Shown: positions 1 through 15,117 of the stretch, in pieces | Numbering within the stretch: the stretch's first letter is position 1 | How the letters are laid out: every line of letters begins with the position of its first letter | DNA from: Lingula anatina | Taxonomy: Eukaryota; Animalia; Brachiopoda | Direction of reading: 5' to 3' | NCBI GenBank assembly: GCA_051362555.1 | Contig: CM120646.1 | Span: 10,912,001-10,976,000 of the forward strand | Length of the DNA: 64,000 nt | The notes under the pieces: model-generated | What the model was told of the DNA's origin: nothing | What the model saw: only the letters and a program-made list of their open reading frames with translations | Databases searched by the model: none | Program-made: the position numbers and the translations under genes

Positions 1-611
1 CCCATATTGTGAGTGACTTGGAACTTACAATTTAAGAGAGCATACATAACGTCTTAGGGTCTTGTGAGAAGGTATGGAATTCCCATAGTGTGCACGCCGA
101 TTTGACAAATGCCCAGTTAACGGTATCTGCATGGTCGCGTCCTCTGTACATTGAGATGTGAGCGTCTCCCGAGGGCCTTGTTAAAATAATCACTGTGTAA
201 ACTATGTGCATCTGCGGGGCTGCTCACAATGAATTTTGTCGACCCAGCTAACGCGCTCTGCCTCCACGGAACTCTCGCTGAATGCAATTAGATTAACAGA
301 TGAACATGCCTCCTCTTGTGTACTCATTTAATCACCAGCTTTCTTTCATTCTGCAAGGAGGTATGTTGGTCTGTCAATCTGTGTACATTAGCAAAATTTA
401 TTGTGAACGACCCCTATTATGTGATTCGACTTACGGTAGAAGTGAGATGAAAAATGGCTGCAGTTCAGACTACAGTATTTTAATTCTCAGTGCGATTGCA
501 AGCTATTTTCGCATCTCCCTTGTACGATAATGGATTAACCGCATGTGATTTATAGACGTATGTCTCGCATTGTCTTTTAAATAAATCAAATCTCTTGCAA
601 TGTTGTTTCAG

Positions 612-660
612 ATCTCTACCAAGGAAGACACTGGTGGCCACGTTTGGGTATTTCGGACAG
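612..660 (+). other. Candidate 49-nt internal exon, possibly a 5'UTR exon of the downstream GPCR
   Basis: Bounded by a good acceptor (tgttgtttcag, ends 611) and donor (CAG|gtaatt, 661). No coding support. The link to the GPCR acceptor at 21540 is inference. Confidence 0.3.
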
Positions 661-3450
661 GTAATTTACTTAATTGCAACATTCTGTTTCCTTCTTCGTG
701 TTCTTACATTAACTAACCTTATTTTACTTACAAGGTACACATTCGCCTTGACTTTGAACAAAATTCTTTGGTCCCAAATCACCCCATCATTTTCTTACCG
801 CATTTCTGCATTCTTATTTATAGAGTAAAAATTACCAAAAAATGCACTTTCTAAGTATTAATTCTGTGGTTGTAGGTATTTTTTTTTATTTCGGCAATTT
901 CGGTATTGCGATCATTTACTGAAATTACTTCCGTTGTATTGTTAACCCGCCAGTTCACCTTGAGCGATGCGATGCGATAGGTGACTGATGAGGTAATCGA
1001 AACCGCCACCGATGCGTTTATGATTACTATATGTTGTTTCATTGCTTTGATTATTCCTAATTACCTAGAATAACGGTAATATTGTTTCACTTCCACGAAG
1101 TTCTTCAGCCTCTTGGGACTACGGAGAGAAAGCATAATTGGATAATAAAAATACGACGCGTTTGATGTTACCGTTTTAAGTTGAAGAAAGCTGAAAGTGA
1201 CAGGCGTTGGTGTCCATATGCTATTTTAAGCGCTACATATGCGTAAACAATTTTTAAGGATATATTCATTATAATTTGTGGAATGAACATATCCTTTACG
1301 TAATACGATTTGTGTGTGTGTGTGTGTGTGTTTTGTGTGTGTGTTCTTAAATCCTTTTTTTTCTGAGAATTGTGATATGTACGTAAACATTATGTCAGTG
1401 TTGTACAGTTATACAGGGCTTGTTTATTTTCCCTTACTCTTCATGTTAGGTGGGCTGTTTTTTGCAATTAAATGCCAGCCATATCTTAAGAAGCATATCG
1501 AAGTTGACATAATGGCACTTATACGATAGTGACTACCATCAGAGGAGTCTTTGAGTCACAAAAGTCTTTTAAAAATTTAGATTTGCTATCTGATAATACA
1601 ACAATGTCTTACAAAATTGTTGTTACAATACAAAATTACTTTTAACATTTTAATCGCTTTGACAACACCGATGTTTTCTATTGGGATTTTACACTTCAAA
1701 ATAAGCAATAAATAAATAATAGTTTGTTTGTATAAAAAGGAATATGTCTATGTAAAATTTATTATTACGTACGAAGACTCATAAAAACCATGTATAGAGA
1801 GTGATTAAAAAAACTTAAGCAAAAGAAGCGTTGAGAAATTTATATAATGTTTAGAATGAATAGAAAATGTGACGTTGAGATAGGACATAAATGACATAAC
1901 AAAACAGTTATATTATACATTTACTGTTTTGCAATACGCATGTCAAAGAGCAGCAGCATGACCGCTGACTTCGTGTTTCGTATCGGCGAACAGTCATTGC
2001 GGAAGATATTCTCATTAATTTAAATGCCGTCCCTCCCAGAAGGCAAATATGAACATCAGATTGATTTTGCTTAAACCGTATCGGCTGAATTAACTATCAC
2101 TTCTTGTTACTTCCAGTTCCGGATAAGTTACCGTTATAAAGACAAATCACTGTTCATTACATACAATTTCAAAGGGTTAAATTATGTTGGGTGTCTGGAC
2201 TTCTAAACTGCATGAAGTAGAGGGCAAATGTTTGTCACTACACAAATGAATACGGCCCATTTTACCCCAAATGTATTTGTTTAACTCAACTCAACTAAAA
2301 AGTAACATTTTTTTTGCAAAATACTCCTTGAACTTACAATGGAAATTACAGGGTAAACGCATTTTAAAATGCACGTGTTAATGAACACACGCAAGTACTG
2401 ATTGCGGGAGGTTTTAAAAAGTGCGACATTTTTGCTGCAGATGTTGAAATTTGTAGCAGAGCAAGAATCATTGAAATATATCTTCTCTGGAGAGCATTAC
2501 TGTTAGGTGATTTATTGGCTGCTCAGTTGCTTCATTTTCATCGCATGTTTTAATGAGGATACGTAGATCTACACTTTACTAGTGCCCTATTTGAATATCG
2601 AAAGAATGACACGTAGTTTCTATAATGTTCAAGATAATTGCAGTACTTAGGTCGCTAAAAGTTTACAGGGTCAAGTTACTATGTATTAACGCATCTTTTG
2701 TGGGAATTTTTTTTACCAGTAACAACCGTAACGTGTTTTACACGTCTTCAAATGATTAAAAAAGACAGAAGAACAAACCAGAAACCATAACTAGACAAGA
2801 GGAGAGCAGGATTCAACATTTAAGAAAAATTAATTATCACAATATCCGACATATGTACGTATTCCAGATTATAGCAGATCCGAAGCCAGCAATTTCAAGG
2901 GGGACGTTTTCTAAAACAAGTGGATCATTAATCATGAAACCTCCGTGTGCTTATATTAGATCTATTTCAGAGCTTACCTTTTTTCCGGCATAAAGGGCAG
3001 TGCGTTCGAGCCCCCGGAGCCCTCCTGGCCAAGGGCCTGTATAGAGACCTTCTCCCAATGCCCTCAGAATTTTCTGTAATAATGGATTTTATATATTTCA
3101 ACATGGCATAATTTAGTCGTTTATAGTCGTTAATCACAATTAAAACTATTTTAATACTAATAAAATTTTAATACATAAAATGTGCCCCCTGTGTATTCAA
3201 TGTTAGTTTTGTTAATTTTACAGTGACGCAGAGTACGTTATTAGCGCTATGAAACAATACGCTGGCAAAATAAGAAATCAATAGGTAATTCTAAACAGAC
3301 TATCAGAAATCTCATAATAATTTTTGTAAAGATGTTAAAATAATAATATCATTTAGTCTCTTTAACACTTACTTAATAAAAAACCATTTCATAACAATAA
3401 AAAGTCCTCAATTTATCTCTGATAGTAAAAAGGTGAAAATATATATAAGA

Positions 3451-3590
3451 CTGTGTTCCCATAAACCTATCGTACTCGCAGGATCGATCTAACTCCGAGG
3501 GGATTCTTGCTAATTTGCATTTAGTTTAAGCGGCTTAAATGTATATCTTGCCGACTAAAGCTGCCAGGGGGGTAAATTAACTTTCGTGCA
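3451..3590. mobile_element. Partial copy of a palindromic MITE family (other copies at 21026-21275 and 38127-38343)
   Basis: Shares gttcccata...caggatcgatc...ctccgagggg...gctaa...taagcg...taattaac motifs with the two fuller copies. Confidence 0.6.
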
Positions 3591-3699
3591 CGCATAAACT
3601 AATTGCAATTTATTTTCGAAATGTTCAATATGATAGCTTTATTTTGCTTGTTTTTATTTTGTTCATTTCAATACCCATTGACATGTCTTTATATTCAAA

Positions 3700-5100
3700 T
3701 ATATGAATAAATATGAATAAAGATATACAGACTTGACATTTAATGGAATATTTGAGTTTCGAAGGTATGCCTAGGTAAAATGTGTTCTTTTATAAAAAAA
3801 ACTCCGATCTCATATAAGATATGTGAATGGAGATGTGTTTAGTCAGGTGTGTCGCTACCAATTAACTGAATACCAGGTTTGCTGCGCTGCTGCATTATGT
3901 AATATGCAGTGATTTAATTGGTACTGCATAGAAGAATTTGGAATTTTGCATGCAAGTGGTCGGTTTTGCAGTGTGTAAAATGAGCTATGCATTGCTTTAC
4001 AAATTTGTTAATCTGTGGCAGAATGGCGCGAAAAAGACAGACGTTGCCAGACAGATAATTACGCCAAACGAAACGGTCCGCACAGTTTTATAGAGTAATG
4101 CCCAGACTGATGTACCTACACATAGGCCAAAATCAATGTATTGAAATCTTACCACCAGGGTACAGGACCCACTGTCTTTTGGGATATACATTGCAACTAA
4201 ACAAAAACTACCCAGTCTGCTCAGAATGAGGGGTAAATTGCCACCAAAATGCATTTTTCAAGGCCCTTAGCGAACACCAAACTGGTTTTTAGCAGGTTAG
4301 AATACCAGACGACCTCCGAGGAACCCACTGTAAACAGCAAAACATCGTTGTATGTTTCTCTAATGAATTGGGGACCTTGAACGTTTCTGGGTTGAACACT
4401 GAAACCTCATGGCTTTCTTTATTGAGGTCAGATTTCACCTGAACCGCTCAACTAGCCAAAACAGATTTTACAGACATCGAGAGGAGGCCAACGACGAAGC
4501 ATGTGCCGCGTCTGAAGTGACTAAGGTCATTAACAGCGTCAGTATTTGGAGTAGATACCACATTGGTGCCAAAACACCAATGGTGGTCATCGACAAGAAA
4601 CCTGAACCAGATCAAATAAAGGAATAATCCTGGAACCACTTGACTATCATTTAATAGGGGGCACCTTAGGACCAATTTTAGGTTGCACGGTGACATTGCC
4701 GGTTCACACAGAGCACTTTTAATAGCAGATTACTTACAGAATCACGGGAATGAGCAGCTACCTTGGTCATCAAAATCGCCAGATTTGATCCACATAGACA
4801 ATATGTGGGTAGGCCATTACTCGCCAAATCAATGGCCTACATGTCCTACAACAGAACTGGACCAAATTGGACAGATTTTGACCGATGCCTGCAATGTGAT
4901 TCCATATTGAACTCCAAAAACATACCCCAAGGAATGCCTTGCCAACTTCAGAGCGCTGGTAGCAGCCAGAAGAGGTCAGGCGTAACAACGACCGTTACTG
5001 TGACTAGACACTGACATGAGGGTCCTTTGTGGAGCGTGTAACTCTTTTACAGACAACAATTTGGAAAATATGGAGATCCAAAATATCTCTTTTAATGATT
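3700..5100 (+). mobile_element. Degenerate Tc1/mariner DNA transposon relic
   Basis: Broken ORFs carry Tc1 motifs: FIEVRFHL..RFYRHR resembles FSDESRF..RVxR (4409-4627), and LPWSSKSPDLIHIDNMW resembles WPxxSPDLNPIExxW (4683-4910). Many stops and frameshifts. Ends are approximate. Confidence 0.75.
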
Positions 5101-8100
5101 GTCACATGATATAGAATAGGCAATGTGTTTTTGTTTGATTCTCTGGCGAATTCAGGTAATGAACTGATGTCACAATGACATCAAAGAGATAATTAAAAGT
5201 TATTTAAACACGATTTTAATCCTTATTTTCATTTATCAGTCAGCAAAATAGGAAAAAACTGATGAAAAATGATTTGGAAAAAATAATCCATATTAAATGT
5301 CAAGTCTGTATATATGAGGCAATAATTCGGAGAAATGTGGGATATTTTCAAGCCACCGAAGCAGTTGAAAAGGCCTTTTTCGGGCTGCATGTGAAAATGC
5401 AACATGACAGTCAACATGTATAAACAAGAAATTCTTTAACCTCCGCTTATTTCATTTTCTTATGGCATATAATCGGGGTTTAGTGTTTGTGGATCTGGAG
5501 TCTTCGCATGTTATCTCTGACTACGTTGCGAAAAAATCATCAACGACGTTACATCCACAGTTTTTTTCACATGCTGGTTCCTTTTTTCATACGTAATTAA
5601 ATGTTATATGATGATAGGCGACCTGTAAAAAGGCTAACATGAGAAAGAAATACCAAACTGGAGCGGGTGGGTTGTGGCTTTAATTCCCAATGTGAGAAAA
5701 TTGTAGCAGTCCGCAATATTCCGTTTCTCATTACAGATTGTACTAACCGCAATACGTACTTCCGGCTAACCGGGTTACTTCCGGCTAGCCCTTTCCGGGT
5801 ACTGGCCACATGGAGCTATGGGACCCGGACTTCCCCTTCCGGGAATACCATTCCTGTCACGACATCCGTGTCCTGATTATATATCTTTGATCTTGATACC
5901 CAGCATCAATACATGTATAGTACCCTATTCATATCTGGTGGGGTCGTTTACGGAAGCGTAATTTTTTTAGTATACATTATTTTTCCATGGAATTTCAGGG
6001 ATTCGTCACATTTTTATCGGCTTTCATGAGATATTTCGCAGGTTTTGTATCGTTTAGGCCTATGGTTATTTTACTAGACTCAAAATAGATTTCTGCCATT
6101 TAGCCATGTTGAACATGTCATTTTATTCCATAAATTCCACGCAAATTATTTATTAGATTAAAATATGACAAACAAATACAGAGCAATGTAATATGTGAGT
6201 AAAAGAAAGATAAAAAATCTTTAAGTGGAAGAGTTCCACAGATGAGAGTAATTGGGTTCATCAGACTGATGATGAAGAAGAGGACCACATATTTGAAGCA
6301 TCAGGCACTTGTGGCACAGAGTTTGCAAATGATGATGAACTAGAGGACAGCAACATAATGTAACCACAAAGGGTGGAAATAAGACTAAGAAGAGGCTGCG
6401 GCAGAGGACGTGGACAAAATGTAATGAATTACCTCTGTCGGTCAGCTTGAATTTATCAATTGCGAGCCTAGGACAATGACCCTGGTATATGACCAAGAGC
6501 AACTAAATGGTAAAATTGAACAGTTTGGAAGATGATCCGCCTAGCATTGGGATAAAACCAACCCAAAATTTCTGAAGCAGATCGCCACTCGGCAACAGCT
6601 TCGTCAGATTCTGCCCGGATATTATGCCATCTTTATGAATGTCCATAAAGCAAAATACGTGAAAATTGCAGCCTCTATAGCTATCCCCCTTACTGACTTC
6701 TCCATATGTTGCAAAATATGCCGGTATAATAAGGGTTAGAGAAGCATATTGATAACTAGTCAAGGACTCTTTGACTTATTAATCATTAATGTTTTCGTCG
6801 GTTTCTCTGTTCAGTAAATTTGCTTGCATGTTCTACGGAGTGTTTAAAGGGGCACTCATGGCATCTTGATTGTCACGTGTAACATATTTTTCTTCAGGTA
6901 TGTAGCAAGGAAACTGTAGCTTTTGTCTTCTGTTGTCAAAACCAATATAAATATACTTGCAGGCCCGACGCAAATCAAGATGTCTACGTTTTATAGTCTC
7001 ACTCTGAAAGTTGATAATAATAATAAAAGTTATACATGTATAAATAGGGATATGTAGGGCTAATAGGGCCACTAGAACCAGTGGCTACGCGTAAATGCCC
7101 TTATTTTGGGTCATGCATTTTCACCAATAAAGTAAAGAAAAATCAACAAGGCATCAAATGGATGTTGTACATACGAGAACACCTAAGCACCAAAGTACGC
7201 CATGCAAGTAAATTAAACAATCTCTAAATTTCACGAAAATCACTTGGATTGAAAACGAAGTTGGAGAAACGTTTTGTTTTACCTTGTAAACCTATCTAAT
7301 CTTTGAAGACAAATATTGCCACAAAGATTAACGTGTAGTTCAAATTAAGAAATCCATATAGGATGTACGTTGGTAATTGAGAGGTGTCAATTTCATATTT
7401 GATGATACTCTTTTCTGAACATTATACATACGAGCTGCCCATAATCTCCAAGGTCCCTTAAAATGAAATCAGGCAGAAAAATTACCAACCCAAACAAGTG
7501 CTTTGAAACCGGACGAGGATGCCTAAAAAATAGTACAACTTAAGCTAGAGTAGTTAATTATCCTTGGAGTAAAGAAGATCAACTTTGCATGCAATTAATT
7601 TCTACTCGGCTTTCGTGGTGGACTGGGTATGTTGTCGGCTTACTATACAGGAAATGAAGAACCACTCCTGTTTGATATATGTAATGCTCACTTAGGCAGA
7701 TAATTCCAGATAGTTGTGACTTTGTTCAATGTACATGTAAACAATTCTGTGGTATTATCTGAGCCTTTCATGTACGATAAAGCCCAGAAACGTCTAAATT
7801 AATTATGTTAGGTATGTACACGTGTGTACTAAAATCAGGCAAAGGCCGGTCACAAAGAGATACTTGTATATTGCGTTTATCCAACAAATAACAAGTTTCT
7901 AATAATTGTTTGAATGCACGACCCACTGGGAATGTAATATGAAAAATAAATGTGCAGCTGTGAAACAAGTTATTAAACAGCAATCGCTAACAAGCAACAC
8001 AGTATTACGGATGTCTGTTTGCGATTCGCTCCATCGCTGTAATCGAGGAATTGATCGCCTATTAAGAGTGCGCCGTGCGGCAATCACCACTCTGTTTAGT

Positions 8101-11100
8101 TTACTAATTGGTAATATGATGACTACTGATTGGAAATTATATTAATGGGATAATGTAATTAGGTACCCGTTTCTCGTCAGGATTTTCCGTCAAGAGGTTT
8201 ATTTGTATGACGGGTTTAAGTGGGAAGCCAAAGCTTGGATTGCATGGTCATTAGCCACTTGTGGTTGTGACAATGCTTTATGCTTTCTTCAAAAGATAAC
8301 CCTAGCCGCTCTCTGTGGCTGCCTTATATCGGGTATTTCCAGCCTTTAAAGAACTTTAAAGAACCTTTATTTGAACATAATCACCGGGTATATAACGTTG
8401 TATTCAAAAACTTTATCCCTTTTTTATTCTGAATTAACAATACATTGCTTTACATACTACAGCATGAAATATTCTAAGAAAATTATAGATTTTTTCCATG
8501 GATGGATAATTAGGTAACGTTTTTGTGCATTAGCTCATCTTCGGCTAAACTTGATTCCATTTACGTTATACCCAGCCGTGTTAAACAAAGTTTGACATTT
8601 TTTTCATTTTAAAATAACCTTCGTTTATAGTTGCTTAACCTATAAATCATACTTTGAAAAAAAATCTATGTATATGAAAATGTTAAAACTATCAGAACAA
8701 AAATCTAAGTCAAAGCTGACACTGAGAAATGGCGCCTTCGTTGTTCACTATACATTACACATTTTAACAATTTGCATTGCAATTTGTATTTTCTCACTTA
8801 TCGTACAGATAACATCTGTAAACGGTCACATCGGAGGACAAGCTGCATTTTTTACATAGAAACAGCATTACCCCAGGGACTCAGTTTGAACTATTTCCAT
8901 TATCACTTCGACGCAATAAAACATATTGATGGAAATAGGTGCCAAAGTAATCTTTTTATCTGTGAAGCATTATTATTCTTATAACACTTAGAGCCGCCTA
9001 ATGGATGTTTTGAGTCTTAATGTAGATATAACAATCGCTCTTTGTTGGTCACGATTTTGTATTGAAAACACGTAGCATATTTCGCATCCCAGCTGGCTTA
9101 TCTATAAAAAACCAAATCTGACATATGCCAGGCTAGTTTCGCTTAATTAATATCGAAATTTAAAACGCGCTGAAATATCTGCGTTTGAACGTAGATTCTG
9201 AAAACACTGTTTGAAATTATTGTTATACTAGTCACTTCTTTTTTTCGTGACCAGAAAAGTACCCTTTTAAAATACGTTGATGCGATAAATATATCCTTTT
9301 ACTGTATAGAAAGTACTCTCTTGAATAACCACCTGCTAATTCAATATTACTGTGTTTGGAATTCGTTCAATCGAAAACCGGCAGTTATCCCAACGTTACC
9401 CACAGTAGGACACTTGAGGTGAATGCCCTTTAACGCATAAGTTATCTTAACCCCATACAAGTGGATTTGTTCATAAACAGCGGCCAGGTTACATATGCGC
9501 CTAATCCAGCTATAAGCCTAGACGTGACGTCATTACTACGTTGGTAGGTGACGTACGCGCCGTCGACATGGTATTGGGAAATGGGATGGAAAAACTAGTA
9601 TCCTTGAAATAGCTACATGAACAGATATACGGATCCAGATTTACTTATACCACACCCTTTTTAGGCAAAAATCATTAACATTACGCCACCAGAAATGTAA
9701 AATTTGGGGTATTCAGTTATCACACACAATACACAAAACTGTCAATGCCCCAACAAGTTGGCAGAGAACGTACAATTAAAGGAACACTCTTGTTCCATAG
9801 AACTATCTATCATCATTCGTTTTACATTAACCTTAGCTTTCCTATCGGGGAAAAGACTTTTGCAACGTCTTAACACTACCACTGAGTGCTAACATTAGGA
9901 GTCCATATGGCCCCATTTATATCTGCCACTTAGTGGCCCGACAGGAACACGCTCCTCCTGCGGCCATCACACAACACCCTAGCAGGATAGCTGTCCAATC
10001 AAACTGATCAAAAAGAATGGACACTTTGACACTAATGGGTTATTTGCGAAACCACCCGCGTTGGCTGGCATCATTTCTGAAACTCTGTGCTCTGGTATGC
10101 TGTGTGATTTATCACTGCAACCCTGAGCTAGACGAGAGTTTGAGGAGAGGTTTACATTGCAAGGATAAGAGCCGCTTCTGGCGCGCTCGCCCCTACAGTG
10201 GCTCTATAGTAAAGTTTACTCTTACAATTATATCTCTGGTGTTCTCACGGTTCGTTGAGTTAGTCTCCAAATGAGAATATAGGCATAGTTCATAGCAAGT
10301 GTTTAAATGAAACACCTACTTCTGATCATAAACACGTATCATATAGAATATTATTTGAACAGTGTCAATTGCGTATTGGCTCAAAAAAAAGCTACCTGTA
10401 CCTTAAATTATTGCGTTGACGCAATGATTTATTCAGTCTTTGGCGATTTACTCGTTAGCACCTTACCTGCATGTATAAACGCTGGCATTGTCATGAGATT
10501 AAAATATATCAATATCCTGTCAGGAACGGAATGCGTCTTTCTCGTATTATAAATGTACAAGTGCGACGTGTCGTTAAGATCTGAAAAGGTTCCCCACAAT
10601 TTTGGTGACAGTTTTTATAAACATTGGTGTCGGACTGAAGGAAGGGTTTTACAGTTTGAACTTAATATCTTGAATAAATCTTCTAATTTACGACGAAGTT
10701 TACGTTTTTTTTTGTTTGATTTTTGCTCTCTAGTTCAACTTGTTTCCTTACCATCTACAAGTAAATGTTTCTATAAATGTTTCAGCGGGCTGCAACGAAG
10801 TAACTGGTCGCAATGAATTTAGATCGACACAAATCTGCATTTACCTCTGGAGAGCACACTTAACGTTTAATCATAGTCAGCATTTACTTAAACACATAGG
10901 GGCCAGGCGACCCGTCACGCAGCGTGCGGTTTTACAGGGCAGCATGCCGTGAAGTATGGATTAAGGCGCCATGTTCATGTTATCTTGTGAATAACGTACT
11001 TGCTTGATAACATTGTTGTAATTGGGAGGGTGGCATTTCTTGTGTTAGGGATAAAATATGTGCTTATGATGCAGCTTGATACGCTTTCAGGTGTTATATC

Positions 11101-11589
11101 TCTTTTAATGCAGTGAGTTACACGGTATCCCGTGAGTTAAGGTTTGATTAATGGCACCCAACCTAAGGCCAGTGAGGTGAATCTGATGGTTAACAACTCA
11201 TCATAAATCTGGTGTAAGTAATTATACATAATACCCATTAGTTAAAAATGACACACAGGCACGTACATAAAAAGAAAACGAAGAAGCAGTGAGCACCTAT
11301 GTGCTTTCGCTATTTCTCTTCAACGTTGCGGACACTGAATGTAATAAATACCTTTAAAAAAGACCATTACTGAGGTGAATAGATTCTATATAATTACAAA
11401 GTCCGGGTCTTGTTCGTTGATAATGTAATCTGTCTTCTGGTTAGCCACATTGATACTAGTAATGCATGGCCTTGGGCACCTTACCTACAACATGCATTAC
11501 ACGATGCTCACAGGGCAATGCGGAGGGACCAGTGTGCGGTTGCACCCGTCATATGGGTTTTAAGATGACAATGGAGCTATGAATATTAG

Positions 11590-11630
<41 letters not shown>

Positions 11631-11654
11631 TATTATTATTATTATTATTATTAT
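11590..11654. repeat. (AAT)n followed directly by (ATT)n: palindromic trinucleotide microsatellite
   Basis: Read directly from the sequence. Confidence 0.95.
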
Positions 11655-12848
11655 GTATTGACCCGAAGTGTTAAAATTTGACATACGTTATTTTACACGG
11701 CCAATAGATGAGCAATACAGTTCAAATTTTAGAATATTATATAAGCTAAATTTTATATATCTGTGCTATATGTTGACAATTTTTATGCAAAAGTGCAATG
11801 GATTTTAAATACATGAACAATACATTGATATCTGTGTCCCTGCACCCTGAATGTGTGTTTTAGTTCCATATGTGCGCAACTAATACGCATCTCCTTCACA
11901 AACCTAATCAAGACTTGCATTCCACACCGACTCAAATCCAATATTTGAAAAATAGATCGCACTGGAGCTTTTGACAGCATTTTGGAATGCATTGAGTGTA
12001 ACTCTAATTAAAGGTTATATTATGGACGCAGAGTTGCATTGCTTGCCATATATGCCTGCACGCAAATACAGAATCCAAGTTGATCTGGAGCCATTATAGA
12101 TACTTTCTTAAGTAGGTTTAACATATAAGAATTTATGAAGATACCAAGTTCTCAACCAGGGGCATATTCGACCCTTAGATATGAAGTCCAGTAGGATAAA
12201 AGTTTGGTTAGAATGGTTTCTGTTGTAGTGTATTATAAAGTCGACCTGTTCTGGGGGCACGCAAAAAATTTATCTTGAGGTATTTTGTACAAAATGAAAA
12301 AAAAAAGATAACAGTAATAACAAAAACAGTATGGATGTACTCGACTGTCATTCGTCCTTTAACTAATAAAAAAAAGATCATTTTTAAAACCGAAAGATCA
12401 GACTTAAAAGTCTCAGATAGTTGAGTCAAGCCATATGGTGTATTACGAGTTTGAGAATCCAAGGCGCCTGTAAGCTAATCGTGTAGGAAGAAAATGAAAT
12501 GACATAATCGTTTGAGATAGCCTCAAGGCCATTCTTTCGTTCTTCCTAATACATGCAAATGTTATCTGCTTGGTGTCATTGCCCCCAACTCTTCTGTTTC
12601 ACTATTCGTAGGAAATGACAGAATGGAAATGCGTGACATTTCTTCAATTCTGTACGAGACATATATCAGTGCTGTGCATATTTAATTGGCTATTTTACAG
12701 GAAAGGTTATTATTAAAATATCCTTCCCATATGGTGGAACCGCAGCAAATATGACATAATTAAATTGATAGATATATAACAGAAAGGCCTATTAATATCC
12801 ATTCAAAGAAATGTAACAAGATATAGATCTATCAACATTACGTGCGGT

Positions 12849-12942
12849 ATGCGGAGAATACCGTGTGAAACCGCTTAATCTTTGTACGCGTTTGGCGTTT
12901 TGCGTTCAAAAATTAAGCGGTCTCACACGGCATTCTCCGCAT
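12849..12942. repeat. Imperfect ~94-nt inverted repeat (hairpin)
   Basis: atgcggagaataccgtgtgaaaccgcttaatctttgtacgc pairs with gcgttcaaaaattaagcggtctcacacggcattctccgcat around a short loop. Confidence 0.85.
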
Positions 12943-14011
12943 CACATGGGTTTTGGTGGTCAGGTTAAACCAGTCTTTGGATATCACCTGATGTACTCCA
13001 ACGACCAGTATGTGTAGAGTGTTCAAAACCTAAGGTTGTTAATTGCCATGTCAATTCACCAAACCGTTTTGTAAGAAATACATATCCCAAAGGATTCTGA
13101 AATAACCTTTAACACCGAGATTGCTTGATAATGACGTCTGCCATCAAAGAAAAATAATTGAAATAGACAGAAAGGGTCTATCTGAAGATTTTTGTCGGTA
13201 TGATAGCGTAGATGTACATGGGCCACACGAAGTCTCCCCAAAGGTCAGTATCAACAGTGATTTATTTTAACATCAGCTCTTTTGGATACGATTTATTTCA
13301 GGCAGGCTTTTTCCAGGTTAGTCATGCATTTTGTACGAGCGGGAGATATTTATCATTTTCAAACAGCATCACGTTACTTCGGCAATGATTTAAATTATTG
13401 CATTTTTAATAAAAAGATGGAAATGTGGAAACCATTAGTTATGCTGGGCTACGAAATATAAGGTACATGGAAATATGAACGTTTATTGGGCGAGGTGCTA
13501 GCTGCCACGTGCATTTATCACAGTAGATATGTCCGCTCTGATTGGTCGAGAAGTGCAGAACATAGAATGGTGCCATACACTTTTCGAGCCTCGTTTTAAT
13601 TACTGGCAGTATATGACAAGACCATCAGTAAGCAACTACATCATCAGACAGAGGCTATAGAAGAATCTCAAGTTAGCACAGACGTTATTTATAATTAGCC
13701 AGTATATAACAGTAATTGAATCGAGGGTCGGGGGGGGGGGGGTATATATAAATAAGGCTCAGTAAATTATTCGTAGTATTTTTATCTAAACGTTAAAATT
13801 CAGTGATTATTGGCTATGCAGTCACAGAAACATGTAGAGGGAGCGTTGAGGAATGGAATGGGGTCCATGTAAAAATATGACTAAGTGACTGCATAACTAA
13901 TGGCTTGCGTGCCTGTACACGCAAATTTCGCAAATTTACAGAACAAACTGAGTCTGAAGTTTATCTGGGCATTTTATAGACGTATATCACCCAAAGAAGT
14001 TCAAGTACAGG

Positions 14012-14226
14012 CAGGGGCGGATCAAGGATTATTTGAAGGGGGAGGGGTCCGAAGATGCAAAGCCGACCCTCCCTCCCCTTGGCTGGTATTTTAGAGGACG
14101 AATGGTGCCATTTGGTACGGTTTTGAACTATGATTCAGCTAGTCAAATTATAACTTCAAGAGGGGACCATTGGTGTGATTTTTTCAGAAATCAGGACCCA
14201 TAGGCCCCCTTCTAAATCCGCCACTG
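14012..14226. mobile_element. hAT-like MITE
   Basis: Termini CAGGGGCGGAT...ATCCGCCACTG with a near-perfect 8-bp target duplication (agtacagg / ggtacagg). Related partial copies near 2870-3040, 51470-51580 and 55195-55268. Confidence 0.75.
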
Positions 14227-14887
14227 GGTACAGGGTCCTTCATCCAGAGATATGCATAAGCCTATATGTGATGACAGAAATTGTAGGTGAACGACAAAGC
14301 CTAACGTACAACTGTAGTGCTTTATTCTAAGATACATTTGAACCGTTGCTTGTTAACGCATGTAAACACTCCTATTACTGTAGTTTCTTATACTCAAATA
14401 AAGCCGACATGTCACAGGATAAAAGAGCTTCAAGACTGCATTTTCTTCAAATTTTTGGTCGTAAATTGACCTACTTTTCTGACCTACTTCCCTGACCTAC
14501 TTAAAGTAAGAAGAAAATATCCGTTCACATATGCCAATATGAAACCCTTTTCTATTTCTCCAATAATACAATTTTAAACTTTATGGTGGCATCTGATCAG
14601 CTATTGTGGCAAACATTTTGCTTCAAATGCATCTTTGAGTAGTTAAGAGCCCTCTCTAGGCAATGACACAAAGCATATATCATTTGAAAGCTAAGTGTAC
14701 TGCTTGCATGGTCAAAGATACTTCACCAAAATGTGAAAATATCATATCATACTCAGTGATTTAGATAATTTGGTCAAATATTTGCATTTTTAGAAAAAGT
14801 GCTGATATCTTGGATTTTGTCTGTTTCCATGGTTACGTGACCACTTGTCATTTCCAAATCATAGCTATATCTTTGGCCAGCAGATTT

Positions 14888-15117
14888 CAGGCCTACCCAA
14901 CTACCAGACTCGGCACCGAATGATCATACCCTGATCAAATTTTGAGTGGTGATGCAATGCTTTTCAACCCCGCTGAGAATCGTACTAGGCAAGAGCGGTG
15001 TCGCGTCTGATACTATGTAATGCGATCTGATACACACCTTGAAAACGGGTAGTGTGGTCCGATTTACCGGTGAATTCTGGATCATTCGGTGCCGAGTCTG
15101 GTAGTTGGGTAGGCCTG
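14888..15117. mobile_element. Young MITE with perfect 38-bp terminal inverted repeats
   Basis: caggcctacccaactaccagactcggcaccgaatgatc at 14888-14925 and its exact reverse complement at 15080-15117, flanked by the 6-bp direct repeat agattt. Confidence 0.85.
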
